A stretch of 56,057 nucleotides of DNA, counting the filler, from Squatina squatina (taxonomy: Eukaryota), in NCBI GenBank assembly GCA_031763465.1. It is 3 parts of 3 records of this genome, joined end to end, with 100 filler letters (N's around TTAATTAATTAA, not from the genome) between each part and the next. Parts side by side here need not be neighbours in the genome. Positions count along the whole stretch, not along the records: positions 22,478 to 41,666 come from JARFOE010000100.1; positions 41,767 to 56,057 come from JARFOE010000115.1; 1 more part is not named here. One strand, written 5' to 3'. A program made the translations under genes and the position numbers. Below are positions 38,591 to 50,847 of the stretch, piece by piece. Numbering within the stretch: the stretch's first letter is position 1; each line of letters starts with the position of its first letter. A model generated the notes under the pieces. That model did no database searches. It was given only the letters and a program-made list of their open reading frames with translations, and was not told the origin of the DNA.

Positions 38591-39125
38591 TTACTTCGGT
38601 TTTCAATATCAATGTTTACCGACGAGAAGCGAAACCGATGAGCTAAGTTGCGAAATACACGCGTGAAATGTTAAATTACAGCATAACAGAGCTTCAGTGT
38701 GGATACCTCAGAATAGTTTCCAGTGAGATCCCCTTATGGGAAATTACAATGTAGCAATAACGTTCGAGATTCATAATTAATATTAAATAATGCATAGACG
38801 GAACCTATATCATTGCTGCTAAATGGTTTAATTAGTGCTGTGTCCCCTATGCCGTAGAATAAAAACAGTAACGCTCTGTAATATGTATTAATATATATTC
38901 CCAGTATTTTCTTCTTCCAGCTCATAACCTGCAATAAATTGTCATATTCATACTCTTGTAGTCAGTATTTACGCTAATTTCAGCATTTAGGCAAAACATA
39001 ACCGGACAATAAATGTCGAAAACAANNNNNNNNNNNNNNNNNNNNNNNNNNNNNNNNNNNNNNNNNNNNNNNNNNNNNNNNNNNNNNNNNNNNNNNNNNN
39101 NNNNNNNNNNNNNNNNNNNNNNNNN

Positions 39126-39328
39126 CACAGAGGACTATTCCAGTACGCGAGATTACTGTTTGGGATAGCCAGTGCCCCCGTCTTGTTGCAGAAAACCATG
39201 GAGTGACTCCTGGGAAACACTCTGATGTGCCGTCCCTACCTGGACGACATCATCGTCAGCGGAAAATCAGATGAGGAGCACCTGAGTAATTTGCAAGCTG
39301 TGCTGGACAGATTACAACAAAATGGACA
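39126..39328 (+). mobile_element. Ty3/Gypsy LTR-retrotransposon RT fragment (inactive)
   Basis: HRGLFQYARLLFGIASAPVLLQKTME*LLG...YLDDIIVSGKSDEEHLSNLQAVLDRLQQNG: YLDD catalytic motif and one in-frame stop. Confidence 0.9.
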
Positions 39329-41666
39329 AAGTTCCTGCCTGGAGCTCAGAGCGGGGCTAGTTGATGTGTAACCAAGTGTATAGTTCCCAGCCTAGACCCA
39401 GCCTTAGTCTTGTGCTGGAGAGTTGTTACTTAATACAGATAGTTGTTTTAAGTGCTGTGTTGCCTCAGTCATTTCCAGCTTCACCCAAGAAACCCATGCA
39501 CTACGCTTAGAAGGAACCCACAAAGTCTAACGCAAAGACTCAGCCACCCAAGGTCAAAACATAAAATTAATGTTACAAGGAAAGGTTGACTTCAGTAGGT
39601 ATATCGGCACAACTTTGAAAGTAAAGGCTCAGTTACAAGTTAGGCCCAGTTTTGGGAACTTAGCAATGATGCTACCGTGAAAGATATCAAAGAATAGAAT
39701 CACCAAAAAGCTGGTGATAAATAACCTTATAACATTTACTGAGACTAATGGGAGGCAGGAATAGTGAGATGTGTCTAAGTGCAGTGGAAGATAAACATCG
39801 AAAGAGTGCAAGAGGTCCAAGGTTTCACAAAGTAGGAATCTGGCAGAAGTAATTATTTCCACGTGAGGAAAATGGAAAATGGCAATAATATTGCTGTGAT
39901 TTATGGGAAGACATAAGCGATTAACGTTAATTGTGGTTAAGAAAATGCACTAAAAGGTGATATTAAAAGTTGCATAGTGAAAATTATGTTTTCTTCCCAA
40001 GGGTCTCGTGCAACAACAGTGGCTTCTGTAAAGTACTGGAGACACCATTTTATTGTTTTCCAATAAAAAAATACAACTTGCAAAACATCATAAATACCGT
40101 GTTTAAATTGCTGGCGTAGGATAAGTCATAGGTCTAAAGTGATAAACATTTTTGTCATTGTAGATAATGGTTTGACCACAAGTTAGCAAATATGCTTTAT
40201 GGTTAGCAAACATAATAACATTTCGGATCCTCGAAACAGCTCGTATGTTCGGAACGTTATCTCAAAAATTAAAAAGCTTATATCAATGATACGAAATACA
40301 ACATTCCTGCAAACAAGGATTTTTGAGAGATTGGTGCAATGTTATTCGTGCTTGATTTTGAAGCTTGTTTAATAATATTATCCGTAGTCCACCAATAGAA
40401 ATGAATGGATGTTATGATGAATTAATTGTGAAGCTTTGCAGTATTTTTGAGTAAAGATATTAGATAAACAAAGGTGAATGGAATGGAGATGAACTGCACT
40501 GGCTCGAAATATCTGTCCTCTGGCGCCCTCATCTGTTTCCTTTGATTTTTACAGCTACGTTACTCTCACAGCTGATACAAAAAGTTAATTTCTCTGAGAG
40601 ACAGCGGCTTTTGAAAATAATAGTTTAGGGGCCAAATTAAAAGTGATGCTCGCGCTGTTGTCCGTATGAATTAACTTGAGTATTGATCAATTATTTTCCA
40701 TCAACACAATTTGAAAATACTGCTGCAAGGGATAAAAGTATGCACTGATTTGTATTTAATTTCTTAATAAAATTGGCCTCTGGAGTTTTGTATTTCTATT
40801 TTGTGGGCAATAACAGTTAGCTAGCTGGTTAACAATTGCCTTCTCCATGCCATTGTCAAGCAACATATACACTGATGTCTTGAAAGATTTAATCCTATCG
40901 AGGGCAAGTGATGAGAAAAAAATGAAGACCGACTTTAACATTTTCACATCTATCTCGTAACCTTTGGTCTATTGAAAATCCGTTTGAATACTGAATGTAG
41001 AATCTCTTTATAACTGGCTGATGGGTAAATGGCGACAGATTGAAAGACTGTAGAATTATGTCAATTCTCGTCGACATTGACATAATACTGATTAATGAAA
41101 CTGAACAAGGTAGTGTTAAAAACAATACAAAGGAAAGTTAGTGCAAGGGCATTCGCTTGGAAAATGGGTTACATGATTTCAAAATCCATGATTTTCATCA
41201 TTTATGTTTTTAATGACCTTTAACAAGGGAAAGTTTTAATTTGACCGAAAAGTCACAAAACTGGTTCCAAAAAGATAAATAGAGAGATTACACCACGTTT
41301 CTGTGTCCTGCAGTAGTTCTCTTTAGCTCAAAGATGTTTTACGGCAAATAACTAAATATTTGTTCGATCGTCTAATGCGAGGTGTAATTCTGGCGCGTTA
41401 AGGGTTATAGCAGGCAATAAAAGCTCCTTAAATGCTTTTCGTCTGACGCAAGTTGCAATGTCACGAAGAAGGTTTATTCCAGATTACAGTTCACAGTTCT
41501 ACTAAATTATTGCTCCATTCTGGTGCTTGACTTTAAAAAAAATAAAGGCACTTTACAAATCTAGGTGCCCAAATCACCATGGAAAAGTCATACAAAGAAA
41601 AGCTGAAAGAGGAAGCTGATACAACATGCTCACAAAACTCAGCATTGACCTTGGGTCAACAGTATA

Positions 41667-41766
41667 NNNNNNNNNNNNNNNNNNNNNNNNNNNNNNNNNN
41701 NNNNNNNNNNTTAATTAATTAANNNNNNNNNNNNNNNNNNNNNNNNNNNNNNNNNNNNNNNNNNNN
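41667..41766. other. Artificial scaffold-concatenation spacer
   Basis: 44 N + TTAATTAATTAA (41711-41722) + 44 N. Confidence 0.95.
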
Positions 41767-41914
41767 TTTCCCCCCCCAGAATATTTTAGTTGAGTGACGG
41801 AAACCATGAAGCCCCTTGTTGCCACCAAAACATGGAAGTCAAAATTGGCTTCAACACACCTGATCAAAGTTCTTTCTAACATCAGAATGTTAATCAGCAT
41901 TACCATTCAAATAC

Positions 41915-42200
41915 ATAGGATGTGAACAATTATGAGATGTTTTGATGAGGGAAATTGGGAAAAACTATTTCCATTGGTCAGTAAGTTGATAACTAGTGGG
42001 TATAAACTTAAAATTATTGCTAAAACAACTTATATCGACGTTATAAGATTTTTATTCTTAACACAAAGGGATGTTAGGACAGTGGTGGAAGCAGTATTCA
42101 TAGCTTTTAAAAGATAATTGAACATAGATTTTAAAAAGGTAAAATTTATACAGGTAGAGGGCAATGGAATAGGATAAAATGGTTAGCGGTTTCAGAGAAC
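41915..42200 (+). mobile_element. Old CR1 3' fragment
   Basis: EKLFPLV...TSGYKLKI...FLTQRDV, similar to the CR1 ORF2 C-terminus. Confidence 0.6.
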
Positions 42201-43571
42201 TGCCTTCTGTTCTGTAAAATTGCGTGAATGGTGGTTTCATGGCTGTCTGTTGAGAGGTTCGTTCATGTTAGCTGCCCAGGGATTAGAACAAATTGGTATT
42301 TCAAATAAAAACAGCCGGCATCGGAAAAGAGAAAAGGCAATGATGTTTTGGCTACGTATCCATCATCAGAACTCGAACTGTCATAAGCTAAACACAACAG
42401 AAAAAAATCATAGTTTATCTTTCCTCTTTGTAGATGCTGATTGCCCTGCTGTGTATTCTTATCTATCTTGTTTTTATTTCAAATTTCCTTCAGTGCAGTT
42501 TTTTCCTTATTTATTTTACATATTGAAATTTCAACAGGTATGGCATCAAAGTCGTATGGCATCAAAGTGAGTGATCAAAGATGGCTAGTTTTGTCCTCTT
42601 CTCGCAGCAGGCCGCTCACATATATTAGCATTTCAAGGGTATGAGATATGCCAGCTAGGTCCCTTCCCTATGGAAACGTGGCTGTTTCCTGGCACATTAG
42701 TATATTTTTATCCCAGATATGACAAAGGATCCCTTTTATTAAAAAAAAGCAGTAAAAGCGGCCACATGTTCAATAAAAAGAATTGGAATGACAACTCCCA
42801 AAAGTATGCAATATTCAAATAAGAATGCAAATTTGTAAGCACAAGGCAATGGCACTTCACAACATATAACAAGATTTCTAAGTAACCCAAGAGATAAGTT
42901 TTTCCACTGAGTAGGCATAACTGTCAGTGGTGTTAAATTAACATGCAAAACCAGTTTGAATTTCTCACATCTTGTGATAAATTAAACAATTTTAAAATGA
43001 AGAGATGGGAGTTTTCAAAGCCCAATTCCAATTAAATATATTTTAAAAATGTTATCTCAAGGTTACTGCCTAGCCATCTGGATAAGAAGGAGACAAATCA
43101 TGTTACATCAAGAAATAAAAGTGCATCTTAAAAGGTCCTCACTGACTTCTGTTTTTGATAATAAGGCAGTTCCATAATCATTAGCCCTAGCATTAAAAAA
43201 ATGAGAGTTTGATTCTGCCTAAAAATCTNNNNNNNNNNNNNNNNNNNNNNNNNNNNNNNNNNNNNNNNNNNNNNNNNNNNNNNNNNNNNNNNNNNNNNNN
43301 NNNNNNNNNNNNNNNNNNNNNNNNNNNNTTTCCAGTAGTTATTACTAGAGCAAATGATTTGTTGCTGCAAATGATTTGTTATCGCTCAGATACTGGCATT
43401 TTCATTGCTTCTGGGACTTTCTATGCACAATTGCAATACCCAGTCAGCAAATCATACAGCACTTGTTAAATGTAGAAATTCGCAGTATTTGCCAAAAGAT
43501 GTCCGCTGTGCCATTTGCCCTTCTAGTTATTACAGTTTAACAACAAATATCAGGAACCCTCTTTGACTCAC

Positions 43572-43722
43572 CGATACTGGGATATCCTGGTGTAGATGGA
43601 TCTCCTCCAGGGTTCAAAGAAGTCCAAAATGTTTCATCACCAATCTTGTCCCTTTGGGGTGAATCACAGGGGTCGATGTAGACCAAAGCTCCTCCAAAAC
43701 CAGCCTCCGATAATAAAGACAA
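43572..43722 (-). CDS. NAALADL2: NAALADL2 exon (PA domain)
   Basis: tacag| LSLLSEAGFGGALVYIDPCD...SLNPGGDPSTPGYPSI |gtgagt. Confidence 0.95.
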
Positions 43723-44518
43723 CTGTAAATGATAGCAAGTACAATTTGATTAAATAGCGTTCGAAAATAGGGATACCTGAAAGCTTTTTGGTTATGCAAA
43801 TGATTCAAGACAAGTAAGGGGTTAATCTTGTGATGGGCTTTACGTTTCGTTTTCCTGGAAAAAGTTGTGTTAGGTTTAGAGACAGTGTTTTAATCAGCTT
43901 GATTAGGGAGTGAATTCCACATTCCACAAAGTGGCCCATAAAATGACCTGGTTGAGAATGAAATGAAATTGTTGGCTTGCACGGCCAGGTGCTAGAAAAT
44001 AAACAACTGATAATTTGTCGAGCTACCAACAATGATCTCTAATAAACTTCAGACTAGGGAGGACAAGCAGGAAGAGATTACTTGTTATGGCTTTGAAAGC
44101 CTTGAAGGGACAGGGCTGGACGAGATAAGCAGTCTGGACAGAGTGTCCTTCAAAATCTCTAAAGAACGAGACATGTGAGGGGAAAACTTAGGACCCCCTT
44201 AGGGAGGGCTTTGTTTCCAGAATTGAGACAAAGAACTAAAAAGAATATTGGGTAATGAGCTTTTAAGAGGAACTGTATAGGTTGAATAGCCTCATCAATA
44301 AATTGATCCANNNNNNNNNNNNNNNNNNNNNNNNNNNNNNNNNNNNNNNNNNNNNNNNNNNNNNNNNNNNNNNNNNNNNNNNNNNNNNNNNNNNNNNNNN
44401 NNNNNNNNNNATGTTCATATTGTTTTCAAAGGTTATTTGTCTGATTAAAAGCAATAAACATATTTGGATTTTTTTCCTAATGTCAAAACAATCTCTGAAT
44501 ATTTCAAATTTACCTTAC

Positions 44519-44638
44519 CTTATACAATAAAGGCATCTGTCCAAGTTTAATTAGTGCAATTTTTTTGGTAACATTGGTACTTGATTGAAGTCGGAGCAGA
44601 TCATCAATTGTTCCATACTGTACATCTACGATTTCCGC
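44519..44638 (-). CDS. NAALADL2: NAALADL2 exon (not in the ORF track)
   Basis: ttcag| AEIVDVQYGTIDDLLRLQSSTNVTKKIALIKLGQMPLLYK |gtaagg; 120 bp, phase 0-0; matches human AEVIDVSYG...IALLKLGKLPLLYK. Confidence 0.93.
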
Positions 44639-45169
44639 CTGAAAAATCATAAGACATAGGAAGTGTTTTCAACATTAAACAGTTTCTGCTGTTGCATTTG
44701 CTAGCGCAGCCCATTAATTGTCTAGTTATCACTAACTCAGTCAAAACAGGTACAGGTATTAGCTGACTACTCAAGCTTTATGAATATTATGAAAAATATG
44801 AAAGGAGTGTTTCCAATCTCTGTTGAAAAGACAGGTGATCCAATTAATTTAAAGTAAATGAAAGTTAAACATTTGAAAGTTCTATGGAAAAAGGCAAACA
44901 ATCAGAATTGTTCTGTCCCGTTCGGAAATGAAACTACCCTGACAACTATAATTATTTTTATTATCCATTTAGCATTACTACCTGTTTATTTGCAACTTGC
45001 TAAATTGCAATTTCCATTTTAATGCAACCATTTCTAAAGTCTTGTTTTTCCCCTATACTTTTAATTGTGAAAAGTTCAGTTTATTGCAATTTCACTTATT
45101 GCAATCCCCACTTCTATGCAAGTGTACCATGCAGAAATCCCACTTTAATGAGAATTGTCACCTTACAGG

Positions 45170-45640
45170 GGGAAAAATGAGAACTGGGATAAGAAATTAA
45201 CACATGAAATTAAGATGTCACGTTGATGAAGCGCTGCTTAGATAGTTTAATCATAAAAGAGCTAAAATAATCCCACTTGATGGCTGCCTGTTGAAAGCTA
45301 AAGCAAATGAACTCAGATTGGAAATTGAGATACAACATAGTTTACAAACAGCTGCGTGCTGAAAAAGCGGACAGTGATAAACCCACTGCTGATGCATGGA
45401 CAAAGGAAGTGTTGCTGGGTTTGTTGGCAGAGTACCCAGAGTTACAAGAAAGGATTTTTCTATCGTACCTGCCTGATCAAACCTACGCAAAAAGATAAGG
45501 TGAGTGCTGGCAAAATGAAAAACGAACACCCTAGTTTGATGTTGTGAGATAACTAAACTAGCTTGGACAAAATCAAATTTCCCATGATCAGGAAAACCAA
45601 TTAAGTTGGTTCCAGTGTATTCAAACAAATTTCACAAAGG
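45170..45640 (+). mobile_element. Fossil Tigger/pogo (CENP-B-like HTH plus DDE) transposase
   Basis: DEALLR*FNHKRAKIIPLDGCLLKAKA, IVYKQLRAEKADSD...AWTKEVL, GFFYR and AGKMKNE across stops and frameshifts. Confidence 0.75.
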
Positions 45641-45784
45641 GAAAACTTTCAAGAACAAAATGCATAAAACAAATAAAGTGGCAGTGGCAACATATTTGTC
45701 GCCTTACTGAAATTATTTTGTATATTTTGCAACAGAAAGAAATGGAAGGTGAATATTACAATTTTAATTTTTAGTTAAGGCAGG

Positions 45785-45954
45785 TGTCAGCCATGGCTCA
45801 GTGGTAGCATGCTCGCCTCTTTAGTGAGTAGGTTGTAGGTTCAAGCCTTTCTGCATAATTTGAGAACAAAATCTAGACTAACACTTCAATGTAGTACTGA
45901 GGGAGTGTGGCACTGTCAGACATTAAACTGAGGTCCCATCTGCTCTCTCACATG
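45785..45954 (+). mobile_element. tRNA-derived SINE (DeuSINE/SacSINE1-like), 5' part
   Basis: A-box tggctcagtgg, B-box-like ggttcaagcc, then gtactgagggagtg. Confidence 0.75.
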
Positions 45955-46034
45955 NNNNNNNNNNNNNNNNNNNNNNNNNNNNNNNNNNNNNNNNNNNNNN
46001 NNNNNNNNNNNNNNNNNNNNNNNNNNNNNNNNNN

Positions 46035-46504
46035 NNNNNNNNNNNNNNNNNNNNAAATTAATGGGACATTACTTTAAAACCATTCCCAGTAAGGTAAGTA
46101 CGTTTTTAAACATTTTAAAAGATTTTTTTTTAATTTCAAAAAAAAAATGTTGTCTTATTTATCTCCCATTTATTAAATTTTAATGTTAGAATAGTTTTTA
46201 AAATATTTTGGGATGTGTTTGTGTTGTTTTTCATCTTTCATTCAAGTTTTGACAGTTCTGAGAGAACTGTCAAAAGCTTGAATGAAAGATACTCCTACCT
46301 GATTGGTAAGGGCCTCCCATGTGACCTCTCCAGCCTTCATGCTGGACTTCCCCAAGAACCGACAGAGCCCAGCTCCGAATCTCCAACTCGGGGGTCTGAA
46401 ACTTGCAAGGTCACGTGGATCGTGGACTGTCAGGTAAGTACGTAAATATTTTTGCCATTGGAGGCCTCCGCACGCAGGAAGCCTCCAATTGCAAATTCAG
46501 GGCC
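46035..46504 (-). mobile_element. MITE-like element, same family as 4401-4729
   Basis: Ends gcaggaagcctccaattgcaaattcagggcc, the reverse-complement counterpart of the start at 4401. Confidence 0.6.
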
Positions 46505-47395
46505 ATTATCTTCCAGAGGGGACAGGTTGTACAGGTGGGTTCGGCATCCTCCAATCATGGCCTCCTGCCAAATGTTGTGCGTGAAGAAAGAAGGGATTGA
46601 GTTAGTGATAGCTCTGTGAGCTATTTTGAGAATGTGCCCATCGTGGCTGAATAGTTCATATGTTGTATGGAAGGTGTGAGGTGTGGGGAAGTGAAAGTTA
46701 CAATAGTGGTGAGAATAGGAGGTGCAGTGTGTGTGAGGAGAAGGAGAAGGAGGTGTAGTGAAGTGTGGTGTAGTGATTGTAGAAGAGTGAAGGGAAGCAG
46801 AGATGGGGAATATTGTGGAGTGGTGAGGCTGTAGGGAGTGGCGGTGTGAGGAGATAGTAGTTAAGGTGTGAGGTAAGATTCATACCTTGATAATTCTGTT
46901 GAGGTCATGGAACTTTTTCCTGCATTACAGCCACGTCCTGAGAGCTAAGCTCTTGAAGTGACCTCCTCAGCAATCGCTTCCCACAGGTGTCAGAGGTGTT
47001 GCTTGGAGGGCTTTCTACCATCCACCCCCTGCCTGCCATGGTGAACAGGATTTCCCTCCTCATATCCACTGCCTGCACCAGGGCCTCAAATGTTGCATCG
47101 GAGAACCTGGGTGCTCTCTCTATGCCTCTTGCAGCCATTTCTTAAATTGCAAAGTTTACCTGAAGTTTCCGGGCTGCCTGCAGCCACAATGCACCTCTAC
47201 TTTAAGAGGTATGAGCTGCTTTTAAGTGGTATCAATGAATCCTGATTTCCCACGCCTCTAAACAGGCGTGCAGCCAATGAATAGTGTGGGTAGCACTGGC
47301 TGCATGTCAGACTCATTATAATGAGCTTCCAGCACCAATTTAACGTGGTCCCTGTGAACAAGCCGTATCTTAGGGATCGATTGAATTTCTAGGTC
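46505..47395 (-). mobile_element. Decayed PIF/Harbinger element carrying a Myb/SANT-like ORF
   Basis: MAARGIERAPRFSDATFEALVQAV...REILF, then frameshifted LWEAIAEEV and RTWL*CRKKFHDLNRIIK followed by a |gtatga donor; TIR-like gaatttctaggtc at the right end. Confidence 0.75.
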
Positions 47396-49445
47396 TTAGG
47401 CTTGGATCAGAAAGGGAATAATGCTTTGTTACATTTTTGTTTATCCTGCTTGTGTTTGAACTATGTCTTTATTTCCAATTGTTGTTCTCAATTGTTTGTC
47501 TTGCTTTATAATAATTAGATATTCATAATAGATTCAAAATATTATTTTTCACCAACGAACACACAGATCACCTTTGGGCAGTCTCGGGGGGGGGGGGGGG
47601 GGGGGGGGGGGGGCGGGGGGGGGGGGGGGGGGGGGGGGGGNNNNNNNNNNGAGTTTTCGGAGGTGTTTCTCCAACACTAGTTATTAAAGTAATGGATGCA
47701 TCCTAGTGAAACACATCAAATCAGCTACAAGCACTGAAAGATCTCCTAAATTATTGTTTCAGTCAGAAAGTTTGAAAACAGCAATTGCAAATACAACTGT
47801 GGCCAGGCAGCAGAAACTATGAAACAATCACAAATATTTTCCCCTGCTGATATTAACAGTACAAATTAAATGCTTTAACTTGGCATTGACAGTATGCAGG
47901 TATCTGTGCAAAACACTTGCTGGTGTACACTGTAATGAAGTGCCAGCCATTGTTGTTGGAGGAGGATAATAAATAAATCACAGAACATTAATGAACTTCT
48001 CCCAGCAGGGCAGTCAGATGGCTGCATTCCTGCGTGTTAACTACATAATTTCAGCAATGTCCTGAAGGAGAACAATACAACTGGTCTCTTACTGGGCAAT
48101 CACAAGGATGCATTGATAGCAGTCACACAGTACTCTAATCTCAACTGCACAACATTTCTTGGTAATAAATCCTCCCAATTGCACAAGGAGTTTGCATGGA
48201 CTCCCAGCACAACACTGGAATACAAACAAAATAAAATGTTGTCAAGGTGATCCAGTGGGAGCAGTGATTTAATTTAGGATGTTAAAGTGAGTGCTTTTGA
48301 CCTTTGAAATGAAATGATTTGGAACACAGAGTATGCTGTTAATGGACTTTCTCCTGATCACCCATTGCCATGGTTTATTGTAAATTCATAACTGCAGGCC
48401 ACATTCATAAACATAACAGACCGTGAGAGCTATAAACTGAAAAATGTGTGATAGACTATACCGCTAACCAAACATAGCCTAAATTGTCACATTTTCTCCC
48501 GTAGCTCCTGCAAACCCGCCTCAAAAGAATTAAGTTATTTCTATTCATTTAGTAGGCTCTTCTTAAACCTGTTACCGTGGAGACAACAACAACCAACCTC
48601 TCAACATGTGTGATGAAACAGATTTGCAAGTAGCTTTCCAAAATCTCATGTATTCTGCTTGGAAAAAAAGGACAGCGACCAGACCAAAACAAGGCCAAAT
48701 TGTTTCATCTTTTTCACAGCACTTCCATGCACTAATAAAGCATGTCCTAAATCAAACACTGCAGTATAACAACCTCACCTTGAAAAAATCTTACATTGGG
48801 TCTGAAATTACGGTGCCATTGGCAGCATCAGAAGCCTTGTAAAAGGCGCCACAAGTTCCAGGTTTCTGTATGCGCTNNNNNNNNNNNNNNNNNNNNNNNN
48901 NNNNNNNNNNNNNNNNNNNNNNNNNNNNNNNNNNNNNNNNNNNNNNNNNNNNNNNNNNNNNNNNNNNNNNNNNNNNAATATGCACATTAAAATATTGGAT
49001 TTTAGTGTATTACTGACTACTCCCTGCAGTATTACACATACAGCTTTGGCATTTCACAGTCTGAAAAATATAGGTATGGGCTATATGGAAAAGGCTGTTG
49101 ACCTACATATTACTGAACTGAAGATAAATATCACCTTTCTTTGCACAACAAATTATAACTAAGTTCCAGTGTATACAATTTATCTTGATGGCACTAAGTA
49201 GGTTTTTGAGGCGAATTTTAGGAATTATGAATACTATTTAGACTGCTACCAGGGACCACAAATTGGATCTCTCACAAAGACCGACTTATGATAGATGTAC
49301 ATGACTGGACTGCAAAGGAAGATCATATGGCTCTGCTATGCAGAACAAATAACCTTGTCAAAATATTTGGAGCAATTCCGATTTTACCAGGCAAATGAAA
49401 TACCCTCAAATGACAGGGAGAATTGGTTTCTAACACTTTCATTAC

Positions 49446-49731
49446 CTCCAGAGATCCTTTGGCAGAATATGCTGCATAGGAATAGAGAAGGTCATTCTTT
49501 TCCTTCTTTCCACGTGGGGCTGAGGGTAGAGTGCTGCATTGCTGTCCGCTGGGATAAAAGCACTGGCTGCTATTTGTCAGAATGATTTTGTTTTGGTCTG
49601 TGTCAGGCAAGCTGAGAAGAACTGTGTAATTTACTAAGCGGATTTCTGTTAAACCAGATGCAGTCCACTGCTCCATAACATGTGCGGCAGAAGTCCCCTG
49701 GTCTGACTCAGCAGCAAACAGTGTAAGATTC
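49446..49731 (-). CDS. NAALADL2: NAALADL2 exon
   Basis: tttag| NLTLF...QWTASGL...VNYTVLLSLP...QCFYPSGQQC...DLLYSYAAYSAKGSLE |gtaatg. Confidence 0.95.
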
Positions 49732-50750
49732 CTAAACAAGAAAAACAGAATAATTACTTCCAACACTAGTCACGTTTATCACAATTAGAGAGAAAGATAT
49801 TAATACACATACAAACCAACATTTACATCATTGCATTGTATGTACATAAAGAAATAAAAAAGGTCAATCGAACACATTTTTATGAGAACAATGCCCTTTT
49901 GTGACTGGGAGTAATGCCGGGGAAGTACCTGCTGTCAGGACCTTGTTGGATAATTTACAGTCGTTGTACAATGCAATGCATACTGTCAGTATTCAGTTGG
50001 TATTTTTACAGGCATCGCTAGTGTACAAAATAAGTATGCTCTGTCCCTTCAGATCTGGTGTACAGAAAGGAATTGCACTGTTTGAAACAGCATGGCTTAA
50101 TTTTTGTCAAAACCCATAGCATTCTCATTATTAACTCCTGGAATTCAAGCAAGGAAACCAATTAAAAAACAAGCTCTCCAAAAATGGGACTTTTCTATCG
50201 AACTCAAAATATCTTAAGCAAGTCCTGCTGTCATCTGTCAGCACTGGAAGTCTATGTCAGCCAAATATAGCTGAGCTTCCCATCTGTGCTTTAAACACAG
50301 TTGTCTGGCAGCAACTTTAGATGATCACTCTAAGCTCCTACATCCTAGAAAATCTAATTTGGAAGTGTAAGAGTGGCAGTGTTCCACGATTGTCATCTGA
50401 GTTAACAATACATCAGTTACAGCACACTGTAACCCAGAACCTCAGGACACAGAATGCCTGTGTCACAGCACCAGCAGAGCACTGCACAGTAACATAGCTA
50501 CCGTCAAGCTACTATGAATTTCTAAACAGAACTCGACAATTGCTTAGTGAAATCCATCCCTTCCGCTGAATTACATTCATTGGACCCAGCTCCATTGAGC
50601 AGGCATTATCATATATTTCTAAGTAACCCACATTAATTCTGTAGTGCCTTNNNNNNNNNNNNNNNNNNNNNNNNNNNNNNNNNNNNNNNNNNNNNNNNNN
50701 NNNNNNNNNNNNNNNNNNNNNNNNNNNNNNNNNNNNNNNNNNNNNNNNNN

Positions 50751-50847
50751 GGTACGGGATACTGATCGGCCATGATCATATTGAACGGCAGTGCAGGCTC
50801 GAAGGGCCGAATGGCCTACTCCTGCACCTATTTTTCTATGTTTCTAT
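50751..50847 (+). mobile_element. CR1 3' end
   Basis: gatcggccatgatcatattgaacggcagtgcaggctcgaagggccgaatggcctactcctgcacctatttttctatgtttcta; same family as 11755. Confidence 0.85.

Noticed and set aside
38165-41666. HoxD14 or HoxD13 exons upstream of EVX2
   Set aside because: I found no homeobox or recognisable Hox N-terminal ORF; the scaffold probably ends before them.
47586-47640. Poly-G run of about 55 nt
   Set aside because: It sits at a contig end and is typical of two-colour sequencing artefacts; not trusted as a G-quadruplex.
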